The position numbers and the translations under genes were made by a program. From Podarcis pityusensis (Eukaryota), in assembly GCA_964106645.2 (NCBI GenBank), contig OZ067051.1: a DNA stretch of 64,000 nt. One strand, given 5' to 3'. Below, one piece after another: positions 41,250 through 54,112 of the stretch. A model generated the notes under the pieces. That model was not told the origin of the DNA and did no database searches. It was given only the letters and a program-made list of their open reading frames with translations. The number at the start of each line of letters is the position of its first letter. Position 1 is the stretch's first letter.

Positions 41250-42770
41250 CTTTTCCAGGACCCCAACCAGAAATTGGTCCCAACATGGACCTGCTCAGGA
41301 CTCGGTTCATACCTGGTTACAGGACTGAATAAACTTTGTTCATCCTGTTGAATGACTTTTACTGGGAGAAGGACAGTAAAGGGAGTATGAACCTATTGCT
41401 TCTACAATAACTTTCAGCAACTTTTGAAACTATCAGCCATGGTCTCTATACCACAGAGTTGTATTGAATGGTTGTGCCTTGGTCCCCTGAGTGTTAACTG
41501 CTACAGGGTCAGACCTGTCTTAAATGCTGTATAACATCTATATGAAGCCTTTGAGGGCAGTTACTGGGAGATTTGGAGCTCTGTTTCTCTGTTACAGCTT
41601 AGTCAGGTGGGGCTGTGCAAGTCCTGGGCCAGTGTCTGGATACAGTGGTGGGCTGGAGGAAGGAGGCCTTGTTGGTCTTGGATCCAGGAAGTGGGTAATT
41701 TGCCTGTTCTAGATCCTGTTACAGTTCCTTTGAAGGGGCAGGCATGTAGTTTGAGGGTACTCCTTGATCCAGTGCTGCTACTGGAGGCTGGAATAGCCAG
41801 GAGTGCCTTTTACCAGCTTTGGCTGATGCACCAGCTATAAACTTTCCTGGACAGGGATAGCCTTGCCACTGAGATCATGGTGAGCCACAGAGACCCTTGT
41901 GGTGGTAACATATAGACTGGGTTACTGTAATGTACTGCATCTGGGGCTGTCCTTAAGGTTGCGTTGGAAGCTGATGCTGGTGCTGATGCATAAGGCCAGA
42001 GCTGGATTCCTGAATGAAACTATGTACTGCAAGCATATTATACCACTTCTAAAAAGAACTGCCTGTCAATTTGCTACTGGGCCAGGATTCTCATTAGTGA
42101 AACAAGTAGGTACATCACCTCCCCAATAGCATAGCTAACTAATCTTGAAATACCAAAACAGTGAAGAGCTTTCACTCTGGCTCGTTTTCAGGCTCTCCCT
42201 TCAGCCATCCAGGAGGGTTGTTTTAGGAAGACACCTTATGAGGAGACAAAATGCCCCTACAGCTCTGGGCACATAGAAACAATTGAACATGTTTTTCTGC
42301 ACTGCCAGTATTACACAAACATATGTGCTAGGTTTATCCTGCCAATAATACACAAATTTCCAGGACACACAGGGCAATTCTATATCTCTTTACTGCTCCA
42401 AGATATAAATCCTGATATAACATATTCAGTTGCCAGATATAGTGCTGCTATGATTGACATACGTCATAGGAGGTCTAAAATTGAAGGTTTGATTTACATG
42501 TTTTATGTGTTTTTATCTTATGTCGGTCTACTGTAATTGAGAGAATGAGTAGTCTACTTATGCAGTTGTCTTATTGCCTATCTAGAATGTTTTCTTTATG
42601 TATGGAGGTGCTCTTACCTTAGACCGCAATAAAATTTTGGATTGGGCCAGGATTTATGACATGTTGATGACTTACAAAACTCTAAACCACTTGGTTCGAT
42701 GCTATCTGAGAGAATGCTTCCTCCCATATAGATCTGCAGGTGAGGCCCTTCTAGTTATCCTATCATCCCA
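41250..42770 (+). mobile_element. Degenerate L2 LINE, interrupted at 42090-42642
   Basis: LYNIYMKPL and VVTYRLGYCNVLHLGL motifs. Confidence 0.75.
42090..42642 (+). mobile_element. 5'-truncated non-LTR retrotransposon 3' end (RTEX-like)
   Basis: RAFTLARFQALPS...CP...ETIEHVFLHCQYY zinc-knuckle-type C-terminus, AATAAA, 12-bp TSD TGGGCCAGGATT. Confidence 0.8.
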
Positions 42771-43854
42771 GACCACTGGTCATTCTGACTAGAGCTGCTG
42801 AGAGCTGAGAGTCCAAAACATCTAGAGCAGGGGTTCTCGAACTTTCTATCCCCAGAACCCACTTGAGGCAGCTGAAAATTACTGAGGCTCACCAGTCAGA
42901 AATGGTGGTGCCAGGAGCATTGTGGCAGATGTAAGCACAGTTACTGACAGCACTTACTACTGATATCTAATCCATATTCGGAAATTGCTAAATTCTTTGC
43001 CACAGTGTTTTCCTTGAGGCAATGAGTTCTATGACTCATCTTTTCTTGAGCTAAGTACGGACACCTGCCCTTTTTGGTGCGTTTTGGCATCTCTTTAGCG
43101 TTGCTTTTGGAACGGCACTAGTAACCTCGCGTTGGATGCAGCGGGCGGCATGGTGCTGAGATTGTGGCAGCTCTGCGATTGGGTGATGGAAAATTGTCTG
43201 TCCCCAAAAGGTGGGAGTTCCTGCACCTCTTTTTCTAGAAAAAAAACCACTGCCTGGAGGTATGGTGATTCAGCCTCCCCATTTTAGGCAGGAGGAGTGG
43301 AGAAGTGGTTTCTTTCATCACTTCTTCCTGATCCTTTTTATATTCATTTCTTTCCTCTCTTATCCTATTAATTTCTATTCCCAGTTTATTATTTAATAGT
43401 AACCTTTTCTCTCACTTTTCAACACCTCTCGCCCTTTCTTCCTCACTTCAACGCCCCCCCCCTTCTTCTGTTTCCTGGCCACTTTTACTCAGCATTCAGA
43501 GAGTTGCTAGTGCTTTCATTGATCCAACCAAAAGGCGCTGGCAAGACTGGGGAGCACGACAGGCAAATGGGTGACAGGAGAGGCAGATTGCAGCCCTGAG
43601 ACCCACTGTTTGAGCATCACGACAGAGGCCACCAGAATCTCCATCCCTCAGCAGGGAAGCTGGGTCTCTACTCCGCCTAGCAAGAGGTGTGGTGTGTGCC
43701 TTAAACCTGCATAACAAAAGCAAGAGTAAAGCCACCTGAATCTTATCATTTGCTGAATGGAGTGCAGTCCTTTACTCTGCAATGCCAGCTGAGAGGTGGC
43801 CGGGGCTTATGCCTTGCAGATCGGCAGGAAACGGCCATTTACTTTGCAGTAAAG

Positions 43855-44086
43855 CAGGGGTTGACAAGGTTTATCTTGCCTGGGCCAGATCGGTCCCGCG
43901 GAGATCCCTCTGTGGGCCAGATTGCGTGCAGACGTGATTTCCGGCGCCACGGAAGCGAGTCCCCATGTTGCGCTGCGCCGGTTTAGCGCAGCGAGTGGGC
44001 AACTCGGTTCAGGGGCAGCTCGTGGGCCGGTCAAATTACCTCTGCGGGCTGCTTCTGGCCCATGGGCCTTAGCTTGGTGACCCCTG
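43855..44086. mobile_element. hAT-Charlie-like MITE
   Basis: CAGGGGT...ACCCCTG termini; perfect 8-bp TSD CAGTAAAG. Confidence 0.88.
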
Positions 44087-45989
44087 CAGTAAAGGCTTTA
44101 CTTTGCAGTAAAGTGCTGCTGCCTGCCTAGTGGGGAGGGTCTGCAAGGCCAGCTGGGCAGTACACTCTTGTGAAAAAAATATGAAACCTTTATCGCAGTC
44201 TGGAGTTCCTACTGGTAAGGGACAAAGTATCAATATTTTGCCTATCCCTACTGCTCTGGAAATCTTGGTCCAAACAGCTGTCCGGCTGGGGCAGTGGGAA
44301 AATTTGATTCTCAGTTCCAAAGTCTGCGTGGACTATTTCAAAATCAATTAAATATATGGTGGAGCATATTTAGCACATGGATTTTGAAATAACTCTTTGT
44401 AGTTGCAGATCTATTTGGATGTGCTGAGGTTTTTCACTGTAAAGAAGCAGATTATAATATAACATAAATAGAAGTAATAAGAGATTTTTATCAGTTGCTT
44501 CGGAATGTTGTCATTAGAGAAATATATTATGTGAAAAGAGTTGTAAAACAGATAATATGTAGGCCTCATTGCAGGAAATGTAAACAATTCTTTAAAAAAA
44601 TTAAGGAGCGCAATTGTTCCTGTAGTTGTCTTATGTTATAGGTAGGATTTTGAATTTTGATGCTGAAACTTTGTAAAACTGACACGAATTGTTTATTTCC
44701 TACTGTATTCCATTGCTGCTGTTATGCTGATCAGAAACCTTGAAAGTGTGGGGGAGAGGACTGTTATGTTGACTATTTTATTACTAGGCTGTCTGTCAGT
44801 ATGCTTTTTATTATGTTTTGTCAGGTATATTTATTATGTTTTGAGAGGTATATATCCCTTAGAACATCCCAATTTCTTGCCAAGGCTTTACAAATTTGTG
44901 CAATAAAACATAAAGGGGGAATGGGAAATGATTTACCTACTAAAAGTCAGGGAGTAGAAATGTAAACCACTATTAGTAGCAGTATTCTTATTACTATTTT
45001 TATGTGTGTAACGGCTATTCTCTAAACACAATAAACCGAACTGACTGTGTTTTGTCGTTGATGTTCTGTAATATGTTTTTAATGTTGTACATCGCCTTGG
45101 GATCTTTCAATAAAGGGCGGTATATACATTTAATTAATAATAATAATTTTAAGTCAGGTTTTTAAAAGGATTCAATAATTTTACATTCTGTCTTTTTTAA
45201 AAAGTTGATTCTTGTCTGGTCTAGCTTGAATTCATTCTGCTTAAGCAATATTGTTCTAAAGCTGCTGGAAACATTGTGAGCGGCTGGTGTAGAATTCCAC
45301 TGGAACATTACAAATTCCATCTACATCTATTATTAAATAACCACACAAATGATGGCTGTGGAAGCTGTCCCTCACATCACACCCAAGTATTGTACGGCAG
45401 ATAACAAAAATAGGGGCTATTGCTATGCACCATTTGCTTTTCCTCTGCTGCTGGTTGTTTCATGCAAGGTTGTTCATAAATCAGTCCATATTTCACACAA
45501 CCCACATACCTTGATAAAAGCCTGCCAAATATATATGCATTGGTGGCCTGTCTTTCCCCACTTCCAGAACTTAAATACTCATTATGTTGTATGAAGCCTT
45601 TGAGGAAGTAGGCAGATAGAAACCACTCTTCATGGTGCCTGAAGTGTAGGTGGGTTCAAGAATAACCTGAGACTGAGATTAAGCTCAAAAAGTTTTATTT
45701 AAACACAAGGAACAGGAATGACAAACGGGGGCACACAACCTAGTATATATACCTTAACCCAGCCTAGACAACACAACCCCACATAGGTCATCTTGTTCTG
45801 TAACTAGCGAATCACAACACTGGTCCTTTCGCAGCAGGGGATTGGCTGCCTGTCAGCTACCAATAATCTCCTTGGAGAGTTTTAGAATCCTTCCTGTCTT
45901 TTGTTAGGCAGCTGAAGCTCCAGGAGGCATTAAGGCCTAGACCTGCAATGGTATACACACAGCATGGATTTGGCTTACAAAGCCTGAAT

Positions 45990-46323
45990 ACCAGACCCTC
46001 CAAGTGCCTCTATTTTCCAGGAATGTTTCTGATTTAGAGAAGACGTCCCAGTTTCTGATTTGATCCCAGAATGTCCCGCTTTTCCTTAGGACGTCCCTAT
46101 TTTCATCGCAGAAATGTTGGAGGGTATGGTATGCTACCCCTGAGCCAAGAAGAGAAGTAAATATACAACCTTTAGAAGGCATCTGAAGGCAGCCCTATAT
46201 GGGGAAGTTTTAAAATGTTTAATGTTTTATTATGTTTTTATATGTGTTGAAAGCTGCCCAGAGTGGCTGGGGCAACCCAGTCAGGTAGTCAGGATATATA
46301 TTAAAAAATATCGTCATCATTGA
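45990..46323 (+). mobile_element. Composite repeat (MITE-like segment plus L2-type 3' tail); inverted second copy at ~53386-53745
   Basis: ccctccaa...gttggagggtatg segment joined to an L2-like tail (gctgcccagagtggctg). The same junction is present in both copies. Confidence 0.75.
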
Positions 46324-47275
46324 TGCCTGTGACCTGCAGGAACACCTGCCAGCAGCTATGGAATGCCTGAAAGGGCTCAATGCAACCTCCTAGTTTAATG
46401 CCCTGTTCTTGGTGGCAGGGTCTGTTCACAAGCTATCCATATTTGAGTGTTCATTATTATATCTATGTATGTTCCCCTAATAAATATTATTATAAATAGA
46501 AGAATTAATCTGACTTGTTAGTTATTTGTTCTGTATTTTATGTTTTTATAGTTTTATGCTGTTTTAATCATTTTAGTATACACTGCCTTGATTTTGTTAT
46601 GAGTTGACAATTCATGAATATTTTTATAAAGAAAATAGTAAAATAAAAATACTGCTAGATTTTGTAAAAAGTCTGTTTCCAGATTTTGCTGAATCTTGAT
46701 ATTTTCATGAGTCAGTTTTCTACTTTCTGGGTACCGGGCAAGCAAATATATTTTTGTTTTGTGTTTGTTGTGGTGGTGGTGCTGGTTGTTGTGTTATTTC
46801 TTGTCTTGTCTGAGGAAGAAAAGGGTTATATATGCCAAGAGATTGCTTTTGTCTTTGTCAGTGCCAGCCACCACACTTCCTCAGCTCCTGGATCAAGTAC
46901 AGCAAAATTAATACAGCGCTGTCAGCTGCAAGATGTGACAAAGTTGTAGAGGTTTTCTGCTCTGGCAAGAGTGTTGGGAAATCACACCTCGTACCTCATG
47001 CAGATGATTTACAGTTCTACTGTGGCTATACCTTATGGCATTAAATTATAACTGCCAATTAACAATAAATATGACTTCGCTTTTCAGCAGGTGATACTTC
47101 CTTGAAAGCAGTCATTCTTAGTTTGAAATTTCTCTTTCAACCTGCCTTGCTCATTTTAGGGCAATCTTAAATGAGCGTTAACATGAATATTTTGTCCTTT
47201 GTCTATGCTGTTAACCCATGAGCCAACTATTTGACATATATGCAAGCTGAGAGGGAAAGAAATTAACAAGAATTA

Positions 47276-47653
47276 CTGTATTTTTTGTCCCATAGGACGC
47301 ACCTAGTTTTTTTGGGGGGAAATAAAGAAAAAAAAATTCCCCTTTATTTCCCCCCCAAAACCAGGTTGGGGAACAGCGGGATGGCGGCGCTGCGCCTCCC
47401 CGCTGTCCCCCGAGCTTGTGGGGCTGGCCGATGTCTGCCCGAAGCGCGGGGCGCTCTGCTTCAGAACTCCCACGGGCTCCCCAGGCTTGCTGATAGCTTC
47501 CTGAAGCCTGGAGAGCGAGAGGGGTCGGTGCGCACCGACCCCTCTCGCTCTCCAAGCTTCAGCAAAAGCCTGTATTCGCCCCATAGGACGCACACAGATT
47601 TCCCCTTCATTTTTGGAGGGGGAAAAGTGCGTCCTATAGGGCGAAAAATACGG
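47276..47653. mobile_element. TcMar Tc2-like MITE, CpG-rich (young)
   Basis: TA-flanked TIRs CTGTATTTTTTGTCCCATAGGACGCAC / GTGCGTCCTATAGGGCGAAAAATACGG. Confidence 0.9.
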
Positions 47654-49059
47654 TAACTTTTCTTTTTCTTTAAAAAAAGTTGTTTATTTTTCATGGTACA
47701 GAAGGTACATTTTGAGAAAACACGTGTTACAACAGTAGGCAACAATCAACTTGTCCTGATAAAATTAGACTTTTGTCACACTGTGTAATAAAGTTTTGTT
47801 AGATTAGTCTAAAATATCACACCACATTTTCCCATGAGTGTTGGGTGGATTCCTGCCACAGTCCGAACAATTGATGTATTTAATAAACATTTGCCATAGG
47901 GATTGTGTTTGTTCTTTGCTGCTCTGACCTGACATGTTAATTTCTCAACCAATGCTATTGACTATACTCTGGTGTACCTAGAATAGATGTTAACACCAGT
48001 TTTCCAATATCTTGCTATCTCCATATGGGCAGCTTTCAATAGAAAGACTAAGTGGTCATTGTTAGGTTAATCTTGAATGGGTTGCGTCAGTGCTTTCTTT
48101 TTCTGGGGTCCCACAGGGATATGCATACCCCTAAACATTTTGTGAATCTTTGTACTTTTGTCCATTTACTGTATTTATTTTTCCTGAGTTGAACTATAAA
48201 ATGGTGATTTTCTTGAGTCAAAATGAGAGTACCCCTAAACATTTTTGTAGGAAAAAAGCACTGGGTGGGATCATAAGCCCAAGTAGTGTTAGTGCATACA
48301 TTTCAATAGTTTTGTTATATATCAACCTTATTTCTTTGAAGTCAGCACTCCAGAAGGGTTTGATGATGTTACAAAACCACCACATATGGAAATATGTACC
48401 TTTGACTGTGCATCCCCTCCAATACCTTAGATATCTGGGATAGCATCACTGGTTTATAGTGCCATTTATGCAAAAGTGTTCATAAGGATTCCCTGATTTT
48501 TGCAGAAACCGATTTCAGCAGGCTCTTGGACCACAAAGACATCCATTTTTCATTTTGTGTACAAAAGATTGCCATATTCTAGGTTTATTAAAGCTTTATA
48601 AATTGAGGAAGCTATGCCCTCAGAGAAAGAAGAGATGAGCGAGGTTAACAAAGATGTGTTCTGTTGCTGTTAGGTTCCTGTTTGCCTAAGTGGAAATATC
48701 TGGGTTTAACAGGAATCTTAACAACTGATTGAAATGGTACCATGACCATTTAAGGTTTGGCATGTCAACTATGAATTGTTCTTTTCATAGAGGAATACCA
48801 TTTGCAAAAAAAGGTATTTTAGCGTATAAAAGTCTGCCATCTGTTCCCAGCCATTCAATCTAAGCATTGTCCTGCTTTTTAAAAAGATAGTTGGAAGTGA
48901 AGAGGAATAAGGGGAGATATCAGAGAAGCCAATTTTTCAATTTCTGTTTTCCAAACATTCAGTGTGGTGTGGAGGAAAGGGTTTGCAATGGTATGGGTTT
49001 CAGTGAGTAAAGAGGGCAGAAAAGGACATGCTCTGTATACTGGATCTGAAATTTCTATA

Positions 49060-49304
49060 CAGTGGTACCTCTGGATGCGAATGGGATCCGTTCCGGAGCC
49101 CCATTCGTATCCAGAAGCGAACGCAACCCACATGTGCGCGGGTTGCGATTTGCCGCTTCTGCGCATGCACGTGACGTTATTTGACCGTCTACGCATGCGC
49201 GAGCGGCGAAACCCGGAAGTAACACGCTCCGTTACTTCCGGGTCGCCACAGCGCGCAACCCGAACATACTTATCCCGAAGCTACTTCAACCCGAGGTATG
49301 ACTG
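49060..49304. mobile_element. TcMar-Tigger-like MITE
   Basis: TA|CAGTGGTACCTC ... GAGGTATGACTG; CpGs largely intact. Confidence 0.9.
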
Positions 49305-49540
49305 TCTCTAGCCATGGTTTACCCTTTTGTCTGTGGATCAGTGACATCAAATGCTTTAATTGGAAGGCACTGTAATAAGTTTGGAGGTGTGGGATTCTGA
49401 ACCCGCCACTTTAAACATGGATACATATAATTCAGGAGCCTGGTTGCACTTTTTGTCCTTTATGTATGAACTTTTTTACTGAGCCCTGCCATATTTTAAA
49501 TTGTTTGGGTGTAATCCTACTTGGCAGCACTTGAAAAAGA

Positions 49541-50237
49541 ATAATAATAATAATAATAATAATAAATTTTATTTATATCCCGCCCTCCCCAGCCAAAGCC
49601 AGGCTCAGGGCGGCTAACAACAAACAAATAATCAAACAATCAAATAATCCAACATTCTAAAACATTTCATTATAAAAATTAATTAAAATCAAATTAATGG
49701 CAACCGTTAAGCAAAGTTCTGTGCAGGTTGCCGGAGGTGGGAGTCAGGCTGGGCCCTGACCAAAGGCCTGGCGGAACAACTCTGTCTTGCAGGCCCTGCG
49801 GAAAGATGTCAGGTCCCGCAGGGCCCTAGTCTCTTGTGACAGAGCGTTCCACCAGATTGGAGCCGCAGCTGAGAAAGCCCTGGCTCTAGTTGAGGCCAGC
49901 CTAACCTCTCTGAGGCCTGGGACCTTCAGGATGTTTTTATTTGCAGACCGTAGGTTCCTCTGTGGGGCATACCAGGAGAGGCGGTCCCGTAGGTACGAGG
50001 GTCCTAGGCCGTATAGGGCTTTAAAGGTTAAAACCAGCACCTTAAACCTGATCCTGTACTCCACCGGGAGCCAGTGCAGCTGGTATAGTACCGGATGAAT
50101 GTGATCTCGCAGCGAAGACCCCATAAGGAGTCTTGCCGCGGCATTCTGCACCCGCTGGAGTTTCTGGGTCAGTCTCAAGGGCAGCCCCACGTAGAGCGAG
50201 TTACAATAATCCAGTCTGGAGGTGACCGTTGCGTGGA
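49541..50237 (-). mobile_element. Young L2 LINE, 5'-truncated
   Basis: Uninterrupted ORF2 C-terminus IHATVTSRLDYCNSLYVGLP...LHWLPVEYRIRFK...RAFSAAAPIWWNAL; 3' UTR and (ATT)n tail. Confidence 0.95.
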
Positions 50238-50465
50238 TCGTATCCAGAAGCGAACGCAACCCACATGTGCGCGGGTTGCGATTTGCCGCTTCTGCGCATG
50301 CACGTGACGTTATTTGACCGTCTACGCATGCGCGAGCGGCGAAACCCGGAAGTAACACGCTCCGTTACTTCCGGGTCGCCACAGCGCGCAACCCGAACAT
50401 ACTTATCCCGAACATACTTATCCCGAAGCTACTTCAACCCGAGGTATGACTGTCTCTAGCCATGG
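50238..50465 (+). repeat. Direct local duplication of 49105-49317
   Basis: Matches the source, including 13 bp of unique flank beyond the MITE TIR, apart from a 15-bp internal tandem duplication. Confidence 0.95.
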
Positions 50466-53400
50466 AAACACTGCCCTGGAATCTTCGGATAAAGGGCAGT
50501 ATATAAATTGAACAGATAACTTGAACAGCAACAACAATCATTATCATCATCATCATTAGATAACTACCTTTACAGCAGCTATGAGTCCTGACCATGATAA
50601 ATGTAGGTCTTTCCAAGATCTAAGTTATTGTCATAGCTGTAAAAGAAATGGTGTGAAGTTTGTTTTTTAAAGTTGACAGATTTTTAGTTATCTGCAGTTC
50701 CATATATTTTATCACCTTGCTGCAGATTTAAAAATCTGTCTGTTTTTGCATGATTAAATGGTCAGAGGGAGAAATACCCATATACATTATTTTTTATTTG
50801 GATTCATTGATTTTTGTCACTTTACCATAATTGCTTAGTTCTTTCATTAATACAGGTATTGCAGCTTTTGGATTAGGTAGCATAATTGCTCTATCATTTG
50901 CAAAAAGGCTTATTTTATGCATTTCCTTTTTTTTACTTGCAACAATTACCTTTAATGACTAAAAGCAAACTCCTTAGTGGAGGACTGAAAGGTAAGCAAT
51001 AGAAAAATCAGTGTGGATCTAGGAATTACTGTCAGCTTAACTTGTGTTCATGGTAAATTGGTGAAAAGTGCTATCCAAAGCTAAATATATATAAATAGCA
51101 CCTTTCTGAGGAGAAACCAGCATAGCTTTTACAAATGGAAGATTAGCCATTTTCCTAGCTTTTAGAATTCTTCAACTGCATTGGCATATAGATAGAGAAG
51201 ATTGGTAAATATTATACACTTTGACTCCAAAAAAGAGTAGAAATAAATAGACCATTTTCACATGTAAGAATGTGGTATCAGGCTCTGTATTGAGACTGGT
51301 GCCACCTAATATTCATGAGTAAGTGGGGGTCATGCTGGACAGTGAGATAGTCAACTTTGAAGATGCTGCCAAATAATTCAGGTTGGAAAGCAGATAGAAA
51401 AGAGAATCTCCAGCCTGTTCTAATAGTCATGAGAATAGCATGTTAGATTCATTGTGTATATAATGTAAAGCAAATCACATAGATGATAAAAGCCCCAGGA
51501 CATCTAAATAGGGTGTGATTATTCAGGATAGAGATCACTGGAAATGGTCACCTGTGGCACTGATGAATGCAAATTTTGTTGAGGACAGATTGAGAATAAA
51601 ATAGCAGATAACATAATGATCTTATACTAGCGTATGGAATACTGTGAATAGCTATGGTTGCCCATTGGGGAGAGGATATTGTAGATGTGAATGGATAGAG
51701 AAGTTATATTCCTCCTTCGGGGTCTTTCTCAGTGGGGTTCAGGGATGGTAAGAGTACTTCTTCACACCACACATGTTACTAGGGAATTCACTGTAATTAC
51801 ACAATGACTGAGGTGAGGAATGGGATCTAACCAGTGGGCCGCATCCTGAGCTCCCCGCTGTCCATGGACCACTTGGACAGATACGTGACTCACCTGTCAA
51901 TCATCTGATGTCAACATGACATCAGGTGACTCAACTACAAACGGAAGAATCTGAAGCACATTTTTACATGCACTCCTGGTTATTTCCCTTTTGCTTCCCA
52001 GCTTGAACTCAAATTGCAAAGTAACATCCCTGCTTAAAGTGGGGTTTCGGCATGGCTGACCAGTACCAGCTGCAAGCTCTGCTTTGGAAAGGGATTGCAT
52101 GCAGGAACTCTTGAATGTAGCCAATCCCAATGGATTTTGCAGCTACTGCCAGTCAAGTGATCAGCACCATGGCAAACCTTGCTTTTAGCAGGAAAAGTTG
52201 TTGAATGCAAAGTTGTGCTTGCCAAGGAAAATTGGGAGTGCACTTTAAGGCTCTTGATCATTCTTTTGCAGCCACAACTTTAACTATCCACGCCTGTCAT
52301 TACATATGATAGCAGGTGGGTGTGGCATGGGGAAAACAGCAGTTGTGGGCTACATTAGGGCCCCTGCCTGGTCTAATTAGACTTGTGGGGGGACAAGTGC
52401 TTCTTCATTGTTGCACTGTAGAATTAACTATCACAAGATGTAAGGATAGCCACTAAGTGCTTTCAGAAATAGGTCTGTTAGCCATGATAGCTAAACACAG
52501 CCTTCATTTTCAGAAGCAGTGCATCTCAGTGCCAAATGCTAGGTACAAATGGAATATGACCTTTATTGTAATGTTCTGCTTCTGAGTTTCCACCCTGTCT
52601 ACCCTTAGAAAGAAGATGCTGAAATAGATAAACTATCGTTCAGTTTAACCTCCTGCGCATGAGTGCGCACATTTGTCTAACTTGATTTTGTCTAAACCTG
52701 ACTATTGGGCCAATGCTAAGTGGGTTTGTATAGAATTTAAAGCTATTTATATGCCATTAATAGTGCAGGAATGCCGTTGTCATACTATACTGAGGTACTG
52801 TGTTGCAGTAGTGTCTGAGTTTCCATAAAATGAACAGTGGGTACAACATAGATGTTATATGCATTAATAAGAATAAGAATAATATTTAGGAAACAATTAG
52901 CTGAAACCTGTTTAATGCAAAAAGCTTTGACCTAATCACTTACTAAAGTTTCTCAAGGGACCTTGGTAGCTATTAGGTAAGAGGATCACATGATTTCAAA
53001 ACAAATGGATAGAAGAGAAGGAAGCAAAGGACTGGTTAGGCATTTGTAACTGTCTGGTCCAAAATTGGGTGCTTTATAATTTGTTCATGAATTATTTGGA
53101 GATTAGGAAAACTAAACCAGCAAAGCTCACTGATAACAACAAACTTCGTGGATAGTTAGACTATAGACCTGAGTTAGGGAATATGGTGCCATTCAGATGC
53201 TACTGAACTACAACTCCCAACACCCCTTTACTGTTGGCCATGCTGACGGGGGATGAATGGAGCTGAAGTTCCCCGCCTAGAATAATGCCTACAAACTGGG
53301 TGAGTGCATAAGAGAATAGCAGGTATAAGGCAATGCATACTGTGGGGAAAATAATTTTCCCTCTCCCTTCCCCTCTGCATAAACACATACCCTCTAACAG

Positions 53401-53751
53401 TTCTCAAATGAAAATAGGGATGTCCTATTCAATGACGGTGATGATGATAATAATAATTATATTTTTTAATATGTATCCTGACTACCTGACTGGTTGCCTC
53501 AGCCACTCTGGGCAGCTTTCAACACATATAAAAACATAATAAAACATTAAACATTTAAAAACTTCCCCATATAGGGCTGCCTTCAGATGCCTTCTAAAGG
53601 TTGTTTAGTTACTTATCTTCTTGGCTCAGGGGTCGCATCCGATACTCTCCAACATTTCTCTGAATAGGGATGTAGGGATGTCCTAAGGGAAAACGGGCCA
53701 TTCTGGGATCAAATCAGAAAATGGGATGACTTCTGTAATTCCGGAACTGAG

Positions 53752-53882
53752 NNNNNNNNNNNNNNNNNNNNNNNNNNNNNNNNNNNNNNNNNNNNNNNNN
53801 NNNNNNNNNNNNNNNNNNNNNNNNNNNNNNNNNNNNNNNNNNNNNNNNNNNNNNNNNNNNNNNNNNNNNNNNNNNNNNNNNN
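53752..53882. other. Assembly gap (131 N)
   Basis: Run of N. Confidence 1.
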
Positions 53883-54112
53883 AACTTGACATGAAATAAC
53901 CAGGAGAAAGACTTTTGGGCAGAAATGTCAGTACAGCATGTGTAGTAATGAAAAAGGCAGGCAGTAGGGAGGAATGAATGAAGAGAGAAAAGACAGCCTT
54001 TATGAATCTGGTGTGTCTATATTTACAATGCTGTGGGTGGCTTTGGTTCTCTGTAGAAGAGGATATCTAATAAGTGACATAATTGCATACCATATCCAGT
54101 GCAACTCAAATA

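Noticed and set aside
49744-50358. 204-aa minus-strand ORF as a host gene
   Set aside because: It is the L2 ORF2 C-terminus fused by chance to MITE sequence.
53683-53892. ORF containing X residues
   Set aside because: Spans the assembly gap.
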